A stretch of DNA of 64,000 nt from contig JAFGHB010000004.1 in NCBI GenBank assembly GCA_016930255.1, positions 1,444-65,443 on the forward strand, written 5' to 3'. Below, in pieces: positions 1 through 10,188 of this stretch. Below the pieces are notes generated by a model. It saw only the letters and a program-made list of their open reading frames with translations, did not search any database and was not told where the DNA came from. This DNA comes from Methanomicrobia archaeon. Its GTDB lineage: Archaea > Halobacteriota > Syntropharchaeia > Alkanophagales > Methanospirareceae. The position numbers and the translations under genes are program-made. Numbering within the stretch: the first letter of the stretch is position 1; each line of letters opens with the position of its first letter.

Positions 1-32
1 TTCTCTTTCCGATTTATGTTCTGCCATAAAGA

Positions 33-473
33 TCATTTCTCGCGCAGCTTCGGCGAATCCAGCCACAGCCCGGATACTTTCGTTTCACCCGCGATCTCCT
101 GGAAGACGACCTTAACGATAACGTCGTCGGGCTCTTGCGTGAAGGTCGCTTTGTAATACACGATCGTGTACTGGTTTTGGCTTTCCACTTTCCAGAATTC
201 CTTAGAGACGTACGCGCCGATCTTTGACTGGATGAGCGCGTTATTCTCGTGGAAGACTGGTTCGGGCAGCGCATTCTTCATTGTGGCGTCGAAATGTTCC
301 GAATACTTTGTGTAATTATCCTCGTTCATCGCCACGAGAATGTTCTCGGTGATCGGGTCTGCGTAGGCTCGGACCTGCTCGACGTCGACTTCTGTCCGGG
401 ATAGACAGCCTGCGCAGAGTACCACAGCAAGCGCGACTAGGGCTACGACAATTTCTAAGGATTTATGTTTCAT
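33..473 (-). CDS. small secreted lipoprotein (DUF3887-like)
   Basis: 146-aa ORF. The N-terminal hydrophobic signal ends in a lipobox-like LCAGC. Family name is from memory, not searched. Confidence 0.5.
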   Translation of the reverse strand: MKHKSLEIVVALVALAVVLCAGCLSRTEVDVEQVRAYADPITENILVAMNEDNYTKYSEHFDATMKNALPEPVFHENNALIQSKIGAYVSKEFWKVESQNQYTIVYYKATFTQEPDDVIVKVVFQEIAGETKVSGLWLDSPKLREK

Positions 474-594
474 AGTGAGTCGCTCCTTTTAGGTCTATGT
501 TGTGTTGTTATGATAGAATGTGCTACCTTCCTTCATATATTCTTCTGTTTCTGCTTTCGGTTAGATGACGCGTTTTAGCCACTTCTGGGGAAAG

Positions 595-849
595 TTATAA
601 CAGCGCCTCGATCTCCTCATCGGTAAAGCCTAACTGACGAAATACCAGTTTCATGTATTTTGGTGTCAGTTCTCTTTTAGCCATCACCACGGGTGCGCTA
701 TACAATCGTCCGTCTTTTTCACGTTCAAATATCGCGTGGCTCGTGCCTCGCTGCCGGACGAATCGAGCACCACCATGTGCAAGAAGCTTGACAAACTTCT
801 TACTAGACATTGGTGGAATTTTCTTATTAGGCACCGGCACGAACCTCAA
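595..849 (-). CDS. hicA: HicA-family mRNA interferase toxin
   Basis: 84-aa ORF. KKIPPMSSKKFVKLL...FVRQRGTSHAIF...LGFTDEEIEALL matches the HicA/YcfA pattern. It overlaps the upstream antitoxin-like ORF by 23 nt. Confidence 0.65.
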   Translation of the reverse strand: MRFVPVPNKKIPPMSSKKFVKLLAHGGARFVRQRGTSHAIFEREKDGRLYSAPVVMAKRELTPKYMKLVFRQLGFTDEEIEALL

Positions 850-1117
850 AGGCTATGGTTTCCGAATATGCCCAGTCATGCGATGGTCGCACGTGCTCGA
901 CATCTTCGATGAGGAATTCCCGGAGAATTTCAGGAGGTGCAGGTCGTATTTCAGCCTCAAGTTTGTTCTCTTTTATGTACGCGAGATACTCTTCACAGGC
1001 CTCTTGCAGCATCTTCCGTGCTTCTTCGATACTTTCGCCCTGACTGGCTACGTTGAGTTCCAGGCATAACGCCACGTAATACTCTCCCGCCTTTTTGAGT
1101 AAGCCCGTTAAGTGCAT
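827..1117 (-). CDS. hicB: HicB-family antitoxin (UPF0150-like)
   Basis: 96-aa ORF. YYVALCLELNVASQGESIEEARKMLQEACEEYL is typical of the HicB N-terminal fold. It lies directly upstream of, and overlaps, the HicA-like ORF. Confidence 0.6.
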   Translation of the reverse strand: MHLTGLLKKAGEYYVALCLELNVASQGESIEEARKMLQEACEEYLAYIKENKLEAEIRPAPPEILREFLIEDVEHVRPSHDWAYSETIAFEVRAGA

Positions 1118-1206
1118 GGTGCATCACCCGCGGTTTTCAAGCCGCTCATTATTATGAGGTAGGTAATAGTAATAAAATTTGTGGAGCGGCCATTTCAATT
1201 GCGCAC

Positions 1207-4200
1207 TCAAAATTTCATAACCCCGTCAATCTCCTCCTGCACCACAATCGTCCTTCTTATTGCCGCTGCTACTTTCATATAATGCACGATTTCCTCCCAA
1301 GTTAACTCACGCCCTTTCCGATCCTTCAAATACTTCATCAGCACTTGGTAACCGCCTATTTGGTAGTCCCAGACCGCTTTTGAGATGCCGTCGAAATACT
1401 GTGTTTTGTTGAAATACACCCATTCATTCTCCTCGTCGTAGCTGACTTTCTCCACCGTATTCGTCCCGCTCACGGGAAATCCTACGCCCGTCTCGCTCAG
1501 CGAAGGATGCTGCAGCAAATGGAGGTCTACCAATTCCTTGCCAAGCGCGCTCAGGTTCTTGAACAGTTCATAATCTGTCGGCAAAGGAACCCGTGGAAAA
1601 TCTATCTTCAGAAATTCTTCGTAGCGCTTTCGATATGTGGGCGAGTAAAACACCGCGTAGATATAATAGAAAATTGCCTCGGGCGTTAGTTCCGTGCCTA
1701 AAGCTTCGGTTATTGCTTTTAAAAACTCTTTAGAGAAATTTGGGGTGCACTCTGGTGCGGAGGTCTTTTCGTCTGTTAGCTTCCTTGTAGTTTTATCGGG
1801 ATAGAGATAAAGAGGCGCAATATAAGATATTCCAGCTCCGGCTGATTTATTCCCAATACTACACTGATCAATCATTTCTGCTGATACTATGACGGAGAAT
1901 TCATATTTGGGTGATTGTGGTCTTGTATATAGCAACCCCAAATTTTCATGCAGCATATGCGGCATAACTTCCAGACGAGGCCTGCAAATAAACCCCCTGG
2001 AGCGTCCAGTATAGTAGGTATGTTTTATGTCAAACGGACGGTAGAGGACAGGAACGATAAGTTCTCTTTTCAAACCTGACCGTTTTAGGTCATCTTGTGC
2101 CAAGGATACTTTCCAATCTTGCGCATCCCTCCCACAGCCGTACTTACTTCTTGCCGTCTCTTCAGGAAGTGCAGCAAAGTCAAGAACGGTTTTCCAAACC
2201 TTCTCCGGTGAATCTTGAACCGTTAGTTTATCCCTAGCAGTAACTATCCCAACCGAATTTGTAGGCATGATGTCCGTTATCTTCCAGGAGTTCGCATATT
2301 CATCCCAATAGGTGTCCTTAATCGGCACGAAGAAATAGAACGGGCTCTTTGGCTTCAACTCTTCCCACTCAGTGGTTGTTCTGTCATTTCGCAGAAGCCA
2401 TTTGTACTTATTCTCACGAAGTCCCCACAGGTCAGCATAAAAGACGCGTGCGTTCCGCTCTCCTTTCTCTTTTGTTCCTTTTTTCTTGATAAACAAACCG
2501 ATGGCAACACCTGGTCGAATGTCAAACACATTCTCGTCTTTGCTGCCGTCAGGACATTTCTCTTTCTTCAACGAGTTACCATGCAAATTCAGAATATAGA
2601 TTTCGTCGAAGCTCTTCATCAGAGATTGACGCATGCCTCTGAAAGTAGGGTTATCCAGATAGCTGTGATTCGTAATAAACCCTAAAACCCCTTCTCCCGT
2701 TCGGTCAATCTTCCACTGGCCGAACCTGATAAACTTCACGTAATCATCCTGAAGCCATTTGGGATTCTTTTCGCCCAGAGGCTTGCCATCGACTTGTTTG
2801 TAATCTTCAATCAACCCTAAAATCCATTCTCCTTTGTTCTCAGACATACCAAAATAAGGAGGATTACCAAGGACAACCAGAATCGGCTCCTTTTCCTTCA
2901 CGTTCATCGCTTCTCGTCCTTCCTCCGTAAGTTGTGGGAGTAAAAGCTCTTGTTCCGGCTCTTTCATCTCCAGCGTATTCGTAAGGTAGAATTGGAATCG
3001 TTCATCTTTTGAGAATTCATATTCCCACGCTTCTAACGACATCGCAACCCTGAGATGGCCGATGATGTAGGGAACGACTTGAAGTTCAAACGCATAGAAA
3101 TCGGCTAAGATATGGTTTTTTATATTCAACGGAATCAAACCACCCATGCGATTGTCCAACAATTCGAACTCTGCTTTTCTAAGGGCTTGTATTATGAATG
3201 TTAACGTCCCAGCCGCAGGGTCAAGAAGTTTCAAGCCTTCTTCTGCAAGTCCTTTGCCTTTCCCGAACTTCTCCTTCAACAGGTTGTGAATTGATTTTAC
3301 AATGTAATCCACCACTTCAGGGGGCGTGTAATAAACCCCTAATTTCGCCCTCTCTTCTGGGTTGTACTCGCCAAGGAAGGTATCATAGAAGTGAATGACG
3401 GGATCTCTAGTCCCGTATGTTGCCTCCTTCTCTTGGGTAATAGCTACAACGTCCGTTTTGTTGAGCACATTAAGAATGTCCTCAATAATCCAATTCATTG
3501 CTTCTGGCGTATCGGGACCAACGAACGTATGAAAAATATGGTTAAGCAAGGGCACATTTCCAGGAATAAATTTCCATGCGTTCTCTTTGGTTATCTGCTC
3601 CTTCCCCGCCATTATCCGAGCTGCAAAAAGACCGTACGTAATCGTTTGAGCATATAAGTCAACAAATCGCTCCTCGGTCAAACCTCCAATAAGTGTTTTT
3701 TTGAACACTACGTAAAAGCTCTCCAGAGGTATAGAATCCCTATCTTTCCTTTCAAACACCTCTTTTAAAATCTGCCTCGAAAATCTCGTTTTATCTGCAA
3801 GCACAATCGCAAGAGCAGAAGCACTTTGTATCTCCGGTACAGAGAAGCTGCAGAATCTTTCGATAAACTCAAAGAAGGCATCCACGTTCTCAGGAACCGG
3901 TGGCTTCACACCTTGTAACGCTGTTGGCGAGCACAAGTCAACTTGCTCTATAAACGCACCGTTGCGGTATCGTCGAAATTCGACGAAGTTTGTCAGAATG
4001 AGGTTGGGGAGCGCATCCCGATATCGTTGGATCTGTTCTGTTTTCTCTATCTCACGCAGATTCGAATCAGGCACTTTCGCTTCGATATCGCCAACACGCT
4101 CTCCATTTTTACGAATGCTGATGTCTGGAATGCCCACTTCCGTCTTCTTCGGTAAAACGAGCGCTTTTGCCTCCTCCTCTTCTGTGATAAAAAACTGTGA

Positions 4201-4335
4201 ACAATTCTCGAAGAGGTCTTTTAAAGACGGATAAAAGCTCTCTTCTCTAAAGTCGCCCGTTGTGTAAATCTCGTGGAGTTCTTTAAGGTACGTAGCAAGA
4301 ACTTTTTGGAACTTGTGCCGTTCTGCTTTGTCCAT
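1207..4335 (-). CDS. single-chain type IIG/IIL (MmeI-like) restriction endonuclease / N6-adenine DNA methyltransferase
   Basis: 1042-aa ORF. N-terminal PD-(D/E)xK signature (IPD71...DIE85AK87), SAM motif I LLDPAAGTLTF and catalytic motif IV LGNPPYFG. The C-terminal IGGYQVLMKYLKDRKGRELT block is typical of type ISP/IIG specificity tails. Confidence 0.75.
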   Translation of the reverse strand: MDKAERHKFQKVLATYLKELHEIYTTGDFREESFYPSLKDLFENCSQFFITEEEEAKALVLPKKTEVGIPDISIRKNGERVGDIEAKVPDSNLREIEKTEQIQRYRDALPNLILTNFVEFRRYRNGAFIEQVDLCSPTALQGVKPPVPENVDAFFEFIERFCSFSVPEIQSASALAIVLADKTRFSRQILKEVFERKDRDSIPLESFYVVFKKTLIGGLTEERFVDLYAQTITYGLFAARIMAGKEQITKENAWKFIPGNVPLLNHIFHTFVGPDTPEAMNWIIEDILNVLNKTDVVAITQEKEATYGTRDPVIHFYDTFLGEYNPEERAKLGVYYTPPEVVDYIVKSIHNLLKEKFGKGKGLAEEGLKLLDPAAGTLTFIIQALRKAEFELLDNRMGGLIPLNIKNHILADFYAFELQVVPYIIGHLRVAMSLEAWEYEFSKDERFQFYLTNTLEMKEPEQELLLPQLTEEGREAMNVKEKEPILVVLGNPPYFGMSENKGEWILGLIEDYKQVDGKPLGEKNPKWLQDDYVKFIRFGQWKIDRTGEGVLGFITNHSYLDNPTFRGMRQSLMKSFDEIYILNLHGNSLKKEKCPDGSKDENVFDIRPGVAIGLFIKKKGTKEKGERNARVFYADLWGLRENKYKWLLRNDRTTTEWEELKPKSPFYFFVPIKDTYWDEYANSWKITDIMPTNSVGIVTARDKLTVQDSPEKVWKTVLDFAALPEETARSKYGCGRDAQDWKVSLAQDDLKRSGLKRELIVPVLYRPFDIKHTYYTGRSRGFICRPRLEVMPHMLHENLGLLYTRPQSPKYEFSVIVSAEMIDQCSIGNKSAGAGISYIAPLYLYPDKTTRKLTDEKTSAPECTPNFSKEFLKAITEALGTELTPEAIFYYIYAVFYSPTYRKRYEEFLKIDFPRVPLPTDYELFKNLSALGKELVDLHLLQHPSLSETGVGFPVSGTNTVEKVSYDEENEWVYFNKTQYFDGISKAVWDYQIGGYQVLMKYLKDRKGRELTWEEIVHYMKVAAAIRRTIVVQEEIDGVMKF

Positions 4336-4446
4336 TTCTTCAGAATAACCCTCTCCCTACAATCATAGTTTCCCCTCACATAAGTAAGCTATCTTTGTTG
4401 CCACCTGAACAGGTTCAAATTCAGAGTTCTATCCATCCCATCTTTT

Positions 4447-5094
4447 CTAAAACTCAACCAAAACCACCCGTGCCGGCGCACCGTCGCACCCTTTCAATTT
4501 TAAAGGCAGCGCCACCATGAAATACGCGCCCGGCTCGACCCCGCTCAAATCAAGGCTTTCGATGATAATCACGTCGTTCCCGGTTAACAGCTTGTGGACG
4601 GGATGCTCGTCCGTCTCGAACTCTTCGATGGAGAGATAATCGATACCCACCACTCGCACGTCGTTTTCCACCAGAAGAGCCGCAGCCGAGTAATCGAGTG
4701 ACACGTAGTCCTTCGTGAAATCCTCTGACGTAAGCAGCTCTGAATTCCGGGTCTTGAACAGGATCCTTTTGTAGGTCTCGAAATCGATGTTCGCAAGCTC
4801 CTGAGCGGTAATCCTATCTTCAACATCCACCTCGACAACCAGCGCCTCACCGATCAAGTCGGACAGGCTTAGCTGATCGATCGTTTCGCCACCCTCGGTA
4901 AAGTGGTAGGGTGCATCAATATGCGTGCCGATATGAGAACTGCAGGTCAATCGAGAGAAATTGTATGCATCACCGTTTGCTATTGACCTCTCTTGCCTCA
5001 GCTCCACATCCTCATCGTCGATCCACTTCAGCATGCCCGGATAAATGGATACCGAAAGATCATGAATCTTCAGCTTCTTATCGCTTTTCGCCAT
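4447..5094 (-). CDS. putative cyclase / kynurenine formamidase-like hydrolase
   Basis: 215-aa ORF with the HIGTHIDAPYHF (HxGTHxDxPxH) metal-binding motif of the putative-cyclase family. Confidence 0.7.
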   Translation of the reverse strand: MAKSDKKLKIHDLSVSIYPGMLKWIDDEDVELRQERSIANGDAYNFSRLTCSSHIGTHIDAPYHFTEGGETIDQLSLSDLIGEALVVEVDVEDRITAQELANIDFETYKRILFKTRNSELLTSEDFTKDYVSLDYSAAALLVENDVRVVGIDYLSIEEFETDEHPVHKLLTGNDVIIIESLDLSGVEPGAYFMVALPLKLKGCDGAPARVVLVEF

Positions 5095-5299
5095 GACGAT
5101 CGCCCCCCTCCCCTTCCGTGAGCATCTATTTATGTTGATTTGGTTTAGTTTAGTTTGATCGTACAGTACAGTTTTGATTTCTATCTGATTGATGCTTGAA
5201 ATGTATTTTGGATTGTGGTGCTCGTTCGGTGCTCGGAATGTTTGCAGTGCACTCTACGAGCCGACAGGTTTATAATCACATTCCCCATTCTTTTTCTCT

Positions 5300-6178
5300 A
5301 TGCACGCTGCAGCACTTGTCCAGACGGTACTGCCGATATTCTTGATTATTGCGGTCGGCTACGCAATTGGCATACGCAGGAAAGTAGAAGTAGATATGCA
5401 GCCTTTTATCGACCTCATTGTGTATATCGCCGGGCCGTGTCTAATCTTCGCGTCTATCGCACGCAGCGACATCAACCTCACGGATTTTACTACCATTGCC
5501 GGCGCCGCGTTGGTGATCGTTCTCATTATGACTTCGGTCGCGTTCCTCATCTTCAGACTGACCGGATCAGCCAAAAAAGGGTTGTATTTACCGCTCGTCT
5601 TCGGCAATACGAGCTATCTCGGCTATCCGGTCGCACTGTTCGCCTTCGGCATGGCCGGCCTCTCACGTGCGGTCGTCTTCGACATGATCAATTCACTCGT
5701 GATCTTTACTCTCGGCATCTATATCGTCCACCAAAGGAACGAGATTCGGGAAGCGTTCAAGATTCCGCTGCTCCACGCCGTCGTCGTCGGTCTGGCCTTC
5801 AATCTCTTACACCTTCAGGTACCGGATGCCATATTCACTCCGATCGAGATGATCGGCATGATCACCATTCCTCTGGCGTTGCTCGTGCTCGGCTATAAAC
5901 TGACGGAGATAAAGCTAACCGCAGTAAAAGTAGCCGTACTCGCGTCGGTATTCCGGATCCTCGGTGGATTTCTGGTTGCGCTCGCGATAATCGAACTGCT
6001 GGCCATCGAAGGTATGGTCCGAGATATCATACTGCTTCAGGCCGCAATGCCCTCGGCCGTCATGGGCATGATTCTGGCTGCGAAATACGACCGGGACGCG
6101 TCGCTGGTCGCTTCCGTCGTGCTCATCACTACGGTGCTCAGTCTGATCTCGATACCGCTCATACTCTCGATGCTCTAA
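5300..6178 (+). CDS. AEC (auxin efflux carrier) family transporter
   Basis: 292-aa polytopic membrane ORF. N-terminal VLPIFLIIAVGY and C-terminal LLQAAMPSAV blocks are typical of AEC permeases. Confidence 0.7.
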   Translation: MHAAALVQTVLPIFLIIAVGYAIGIRRKVEVDMQPFIDLIVYIAGPCLIFASIARSDINLTDFTTIAGAALVIVLIMTSVAFLIFRLTGSAKKGLYLPLVFGNTSYLGYPVALFAFGMAGLSRAVVFDMINSLVIFTLGIYIVHQRNEIREAFKIPLLHAVVVGLAFNLLHLQVPDAIFTPIEMIGMITIPLALLVLGYKLTEIKLTAVKVAVLASVFRILGGFLVALAIIELLAIEGMVRDIILLQAAMPSAVMGMILAAKYDRDASLVASVVLITTVLSLISIPLILSML

Positions 6179-6241
6179 CTAACTAACGTACCTGCTCCAT
6201 AGGCTCGTACGGTCAAACGGCAATGAGCCAAGAAGGTTTTT

Positions 6242-6973
6242 ATGCTCCCGCGGCAAACGTCTACTGAGATGAGCAGGGAAATGCAGTGGACCATTAAAGG
6301 GCCGTCTTCTCAACCTGGCCCGTCCAGCCGGAAAGTCGCACTATTCCTCTCAGCTTTAATCCTGCTCTCGTTCTTCGTTATCCTTCTCTCCACGCCTGTT
6401 CTTGCTCATCCACCCTCACAGATGGCGCTGACATACGACGTTGACACGCAGATGTTAGCGGTTTCGATTATACACTCAGTGTCGGATCCGAGGAGTCACT
6501 ATGTGGAAAAGGTGGAGATCACAAAAAACGGTGAGCCACTGCTCACGAAGGAGTACACCAACCAGCCCTCAACATCGACCTTTAGCTATACGTATGCAAT
6601 TGCTGCCAATATTGGGGACGAACTCGAAGTTACCGCGTATTGCAGTCTTTATGGGAGCATCCAAACACAACTAACAGTCACTACGTCTCAGTCGTCAACA
6701 ACGTCGACCGCGGAGGAGAGCTCTACCGCGACGGCACAATCATCCACATCGGGAACCGCTCAGCCGTCAGCAACGCCGACCGCAGAGGCGACGCCTACAG
6801 CAACGGCACAGCCATCACCCACACCTGAACCGTCTCAGCCGTCAGCAACGCCGACCGCAGAGGCGACGCCTACAGCAACGGCACAGCCATCACCATCACC
6901 CGAAACGCCTGGCTTTGAGGTTCTCTTCGCGTTAATCGGAGTCTGCGTTGCACTCTATCTTAGTAGGCGCTAA
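6242..6973 (+). CDS. secreted protein with S/T/P-rich linker and PGF-CTERM anchor
   Basis: Signal/TM segment, a ~100-aa globular domain, a T/S/P-rich linker with a duplicated SATPTAEATPTATAQPSP unit, and a terminal PGFEVLFALIGVCVALYLSRR (PGF-CTERM pattern). The true start may be a downstream in-frame ATG. Confidence 0.6.
   Translation: MLPRQTSTEMSREMQWTIKGPSSQPGPSSRKVALFLSALILLSFFVILLSTPVLAHPPSQMALTYDVDTQMLAVSIIHSVSDPRSHYVEKVEITKNGEPLLTKEYTNQPSTSTFSYTYAIAANIGDELEVTAYCSLYGSIQTQLTVTTSQSSTTSTAEESSTATAQSSTSGTAQPSATPTAEATPTATAQPSPTPEPSQPSATPTAEATPTATAQPSPSPETPGFEVLFALIGVCVALYLSRR
6761..6894 (+). repeat. two perfect 59-bp direct repeats (period 75 bp) inside the linker-coding region
   Basis: cagccgtcagcaacgccgaccgcagaggcgacgcctacagcaacggcacagccatcacc occurs at 6761-6819 and again at 6836-6894. 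Confidence 0.85.
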
Positions 6974-7184
6974 GCTAGGCTGAACTACGCTAAGCGCTGC
7001 GACATACCGCTCGCGTCGAGTTCTCGTTGACAGTTTTTCGATAAAATGCTCAGCCTTCTGGGGGAGCACAAATGACTGATTCATGCATAAAGACTCGGGC
7101 GAAAAAAAATATAAAAGGTAAAAATTTTTTAGTGTAGTGGAAGGGGTGGCCCGGTCTTCACGCGGCTATCTCTTCCCCTCTCGT

Positions 7185-7685
7185 TCATTGTAGCACGTAT
7201 TTGAAGAACATCGCCCAGTTTCTTCCTGCATTGAACTGCGCGCCATCGCCCCAAGCGGTCTCTTCTTGTATTACCACGCCAGTTTCGTTCAGGAGCAGCA
7301 CTTCAGCATGAGCAGCGATGAAAACGGTGGTGTTTACATCCCAGGTATTGGGGATTTCATAGGTGTAGTCGGTGGTCACACTCTCATTCGAATACTCGAA
7401 CTGCCCCGGTTGCGGGTTGCCATTCTTCGTCTGCGGAATCGTTTTGTAGCTCGTGTCAACAGCTAGATGTGACTCATTGATAACCCAGCCGTCCGTCGTT
7501 TCGTATTTCACGTAAAGCGTAGCGGCATCATTCCAGACGCTGACGGTTCCAACGGTAATATCTTGGCCTGCGGTCAAATTAGTGACAAAGGGATCATCCG
7601 CTGTTTGAGCCATTCCAAGTACTGCTGCGAGCATGAGGACTATTACTAACGCTATTCCTGGCGCAAAACTTGTTGCTTTTTTCAT
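7185..7685 (-). CDS. secreted protein of unknown function
   Basis: 166-aa ORF with a clear N-terminal signal peptide (MKKATSFAPGIALVIVLMLAAVLGMAQT) and a beta-rich mature part. No family recognised. Confidence 0.5.
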   Translation of the reverse strand: MKKATSFAPGIALVIVLMLAAVLGMAQTADDPFVTNLTAGQDITVGTVSVWNDAATLYVKYETTDGWVINESHLAVDTSYKTIPQTKNGNPQPGQFEYSNESVTTDYTYEIPNTWDVNTTVFIAAHAEVLLLNETGVVIQEETAWGDGAQFNAGRNWAMFFKYVLQ

Positions 7686-8132
7686 CTTCTTCTTTTCACC
7701 TCCTATTGTTTTTAGTACACCTCACCTGCCTGCTACGCAGATGACGTAACCGAGATTCTAAGCAGCGGTCTTATATAGTGAACGATTTGGAATATCGCGC
7801 AATGCAAACAACACTGCTCAATCCTGCGTCAATTAGTAGACGTGAGATACCGTGAATAAAAGTAGGTGTGCATGTGCCAACCAAGCAGACGATTTGACGG
7901 CCTTCTTATTCTCACTGGTGAATTCTTTAAAGGACAAACCAAGATCAGAAAGAGCAGCACGCTTTAACGTTTGTTTACACCCATATCTGTGCGTTTCGAA
8001 GAGACTATGTTAGTTCTCTCCCTTACCTCGCTCTAAGGGCTCCTTCGTATCGCTTCATACTCCTATTGGCTGAGTGAGAGAGTAGGAGCACGGACGGCAT
8101 ATTCAAAACCCGCGCCGTTCTCTGCCTATCAG

Positions 8133-8975
8133 TTATTTCCACAACCAGCCGAACAACCCTTTATCGTCCAGCTCACTCTGGGCTACCTGCTGTAATCTCG
8201 TCTGTTCCTGCTCCACATTCTGTATTTGCTCCTGCAGTATAGCCCGCACTTCTTCGTCACAATCACACTCTTCCTGCAATTGCTGAAGCTCGCGAATGCG
8301 GTCTTGATTCTGAATCACCTGTTGCGCTATCTCCTGCGCGGCTGCTTCATCGCCGCCGGCGAAGAACCGTACGATGGTATTCCTTAACTGTATGCGCTCT
8401 TCTGCTCGAATCGTTGCTTGTACAGACGTATTAAGTTCTTCGGCAATTTGGGAAACCTGGGGACCTATACCGCCCACTAACTCCTCCATTGCAAACAAAG
8501 ACTGAACGGCCAATCGCACTCTATTTTGATTTTGGTATACCAGTTGCTGATGCTCATCTAACGCTTGTAGTTCCTGGTTCATCTCTTGCTCTCGCTGCTG
8601 TACCAGCTCGTGCAGTTCGCTTACATTTTGAGCGCGCACCTCCTCCTGCTGTTGAACGCGAATCGTCTCGTTTTCGCCTATATTTTGTGTCTCCTGTTGC
8701 ACCTGTTCCTGCTGAACTTGTTCGGTTCCAGGACTGGTTTCATTTAAGCCCGCCTGTTGGCCTTGCGGGGTGCTGCCCTGTCCCGATTCATTTACTCCTG
8801 CCTGTTGACCCTGCTCAGAGCCCTGACCCGCCTCTTGTAATTCAGGATTCAGGATTTCCGTTCCGGGTTCGTGAATACCACTCTGACCAACAGCCAGAGA
8901 AACCACTGAGGTGAGCACAATTAAAACCACAACCAACAGAATTGCTCGTTTCATACTATTAACATACGTTTTCAA
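8133..8975 (-). CDS. secreted Q/E-rich coiled-coil protein
   Basis: 280-aa ORF with an N-terminal signal/anchor, followed by Gln/Glu-rich helical sequence. No family recognised. Confidence 0.5.
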   Translation of the reverse strand: MKTYVNSMKRAILLVVVLIVLTSVVSLAVGQSGIHEPGTEILNPELQEAGQGSEQGQQAGVNESGQGSTPQGQQAGLNETSPGTEQVQQEQVQQETQNIGENETIRVQQQEEVRAQNVSELHELVQQREQEMNQELQALDEHQQLVYQNQNRVRLAVQSLFAMEELVGGIGPQVSQIAEELNTSVQATIRAEERIQLRNTIVRFFAGGDEAAAQEIAQQVIQNQDRIRELQQLQEECDCDEEVRAILQEQIQNVEQEQTRLQQVAQSELDDKGLFGWLWK

Positions 8976-9167
8976 GAATATAAAGATGTGCTCCGTTTAG
9001 GGTTGCTCGGCCTGAAAAACGGCTCTTTTAGCTTTCCAAGCCCCTACAGCTCTCGCATACGGAGTTTGTGCCGTAAGCCAGCCGAATCGTCGCGCGGCAA
9101 CAAGAGTCTGGGTATTTATGATAGCTTTTTATCACTGTATCCTAACTAACGTATAGGTGATGAGCGC

Positions 9168-9242
9168 GGGGCAGTAGGGTAGCCAGGTTTATCCTCGTGG
9201 CTTTGGGAGCCATGGACCCCAGTTCAAATCTGGGCTGCCCCA
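9168..9242 (+). tRNA. tRNA-Pro: tRNA-Pro (UGG)
   Basis: Hand-folded cloverleaf. Acceptor GGGGCAG/CTGCCCC, D-loop with A14/G18G19/A21, anticodon stem GTGGC/GCCAT with loop TTTGGGA, T-arm CCCAG-TTCAAAT-CTGGG. CCA is not encoded. Confidence 0.85.
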
Positions 9243-9360
9243 TCAATCAAGGAAATTTCAACAGGAAAGAAAATATTTACCAAAAAGAAGGTACTTATCC
9301 AAAAACGCTTTTTCTGATAGGGTTTAATAAAACGAACGGGATTAAGAAAAACTAAACTCG

Positions 9361-10188
9361 TCAGAGTGGTTTCTTGCCCGTAACCTTTATACTCGCAATC
9401 GAAGTGCCAAGCTCTTCCAACTCCTCCGAGGGTATGTTCTCCTCGTTGATCAGTGCCTTTGCCGTTTGATCGTTTGCCATGCAGCGAAGAGGGAAAGAGG
9501 ACTCGTCGAGTATTGTAACGTCCTGAAAGCCCGCTTTCTGTATCGTGTTAATATATGCATCCTTCATGATCGCGCCAGAAAGGCAGCCGATATACGCATC
9601 AATAGAATTTTTTATGAACTCGGGGAGCTCTTTCAACAGCACGATATCCGACACCATCAGCCGTCCACCGGGTCTTAGTACCCTGTACGCCTCGTTAAAT
9701 ACCTGTTCCTTGTCGGGCGAGAGGTTGATAACGCAGTTCGAGACGATCACATCAATGGAATTGTCAGCAGCAGGAAGATGTTCTATCTCGCCCAGCCTGA
9801 ATCCCACATTCACGTATCCGCCTTTATGCGCGTTCTCCCGGGCTTTGTCGATCATTTCGGGTGTCATGTCCACTCCAATGACCTTTCCCGTCCTTCCCAC
9901 GCGCAGTGCGGCAAGGAACGAATCGAATCCCGCGCCTGAGCCAAGATCCATAACGGTTTCTCCAGCCCGTAACGAAGCCAGCGCGATCGGATTCCCACAC
10001 CCGAGGCCAAGATTCGCACCCTCAGGAACGGATTTGAGTTCTTCATCCGTGTAGCCTACCTTCTTGCTGATGTCCTCGGCAAAGTCCGCACCGCCGCAAC
10101 AGGTCACCGGAGCACAACAGGAGCGCTCCTTCTTTGCTATTTTCGCGTAGCCTTCCCGTACCGCTTTCTTTATCACTTCCTTGCTCAT
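9361..10188 (-). CDS. arsM: arsenite S-adenosylmethionine methyltransferase-like
   Basis: 275-aa ORF with an N-terminal Cys cluster (RSCCAPVTCCGG), SAM motif VMDLGSGAGFD and overall ArsM-like layout. Confidence 0.75.
   Translation of the reverse strand: MSKEVIKKAVREGYAKIAKKERSCCAPVTCCGGADFAEDISKKVGYTDEELKSVPEGANLGLGCGNPIALASLRAGETVMDLGSGAGFDSFLAALRVGRTGKVIGVDMTPEMIDKARENAHKGGYVNVGFRLGEIEHLPAADNSIDVIVSNCVINLSPDKEQVFNEAYRVLRPGGRLMVSDIVLLKELPEFIKNSIDAYIGCLSGAIMKDAYINTIQKAGFQDVTILDESSFPLRCMANDQTAKALINEENIPSEELEELGTSIASIKVTGKKPL

Noticed and set aside
5215-5898. 227-aa plus-strand Arg-rich ORF
   Set aside because: It is an alternative frame of the AEC transporter gene (5300-6178). The Arg/His-rich translation is typical of an out-of-frame reading of a membrane-protein gene.
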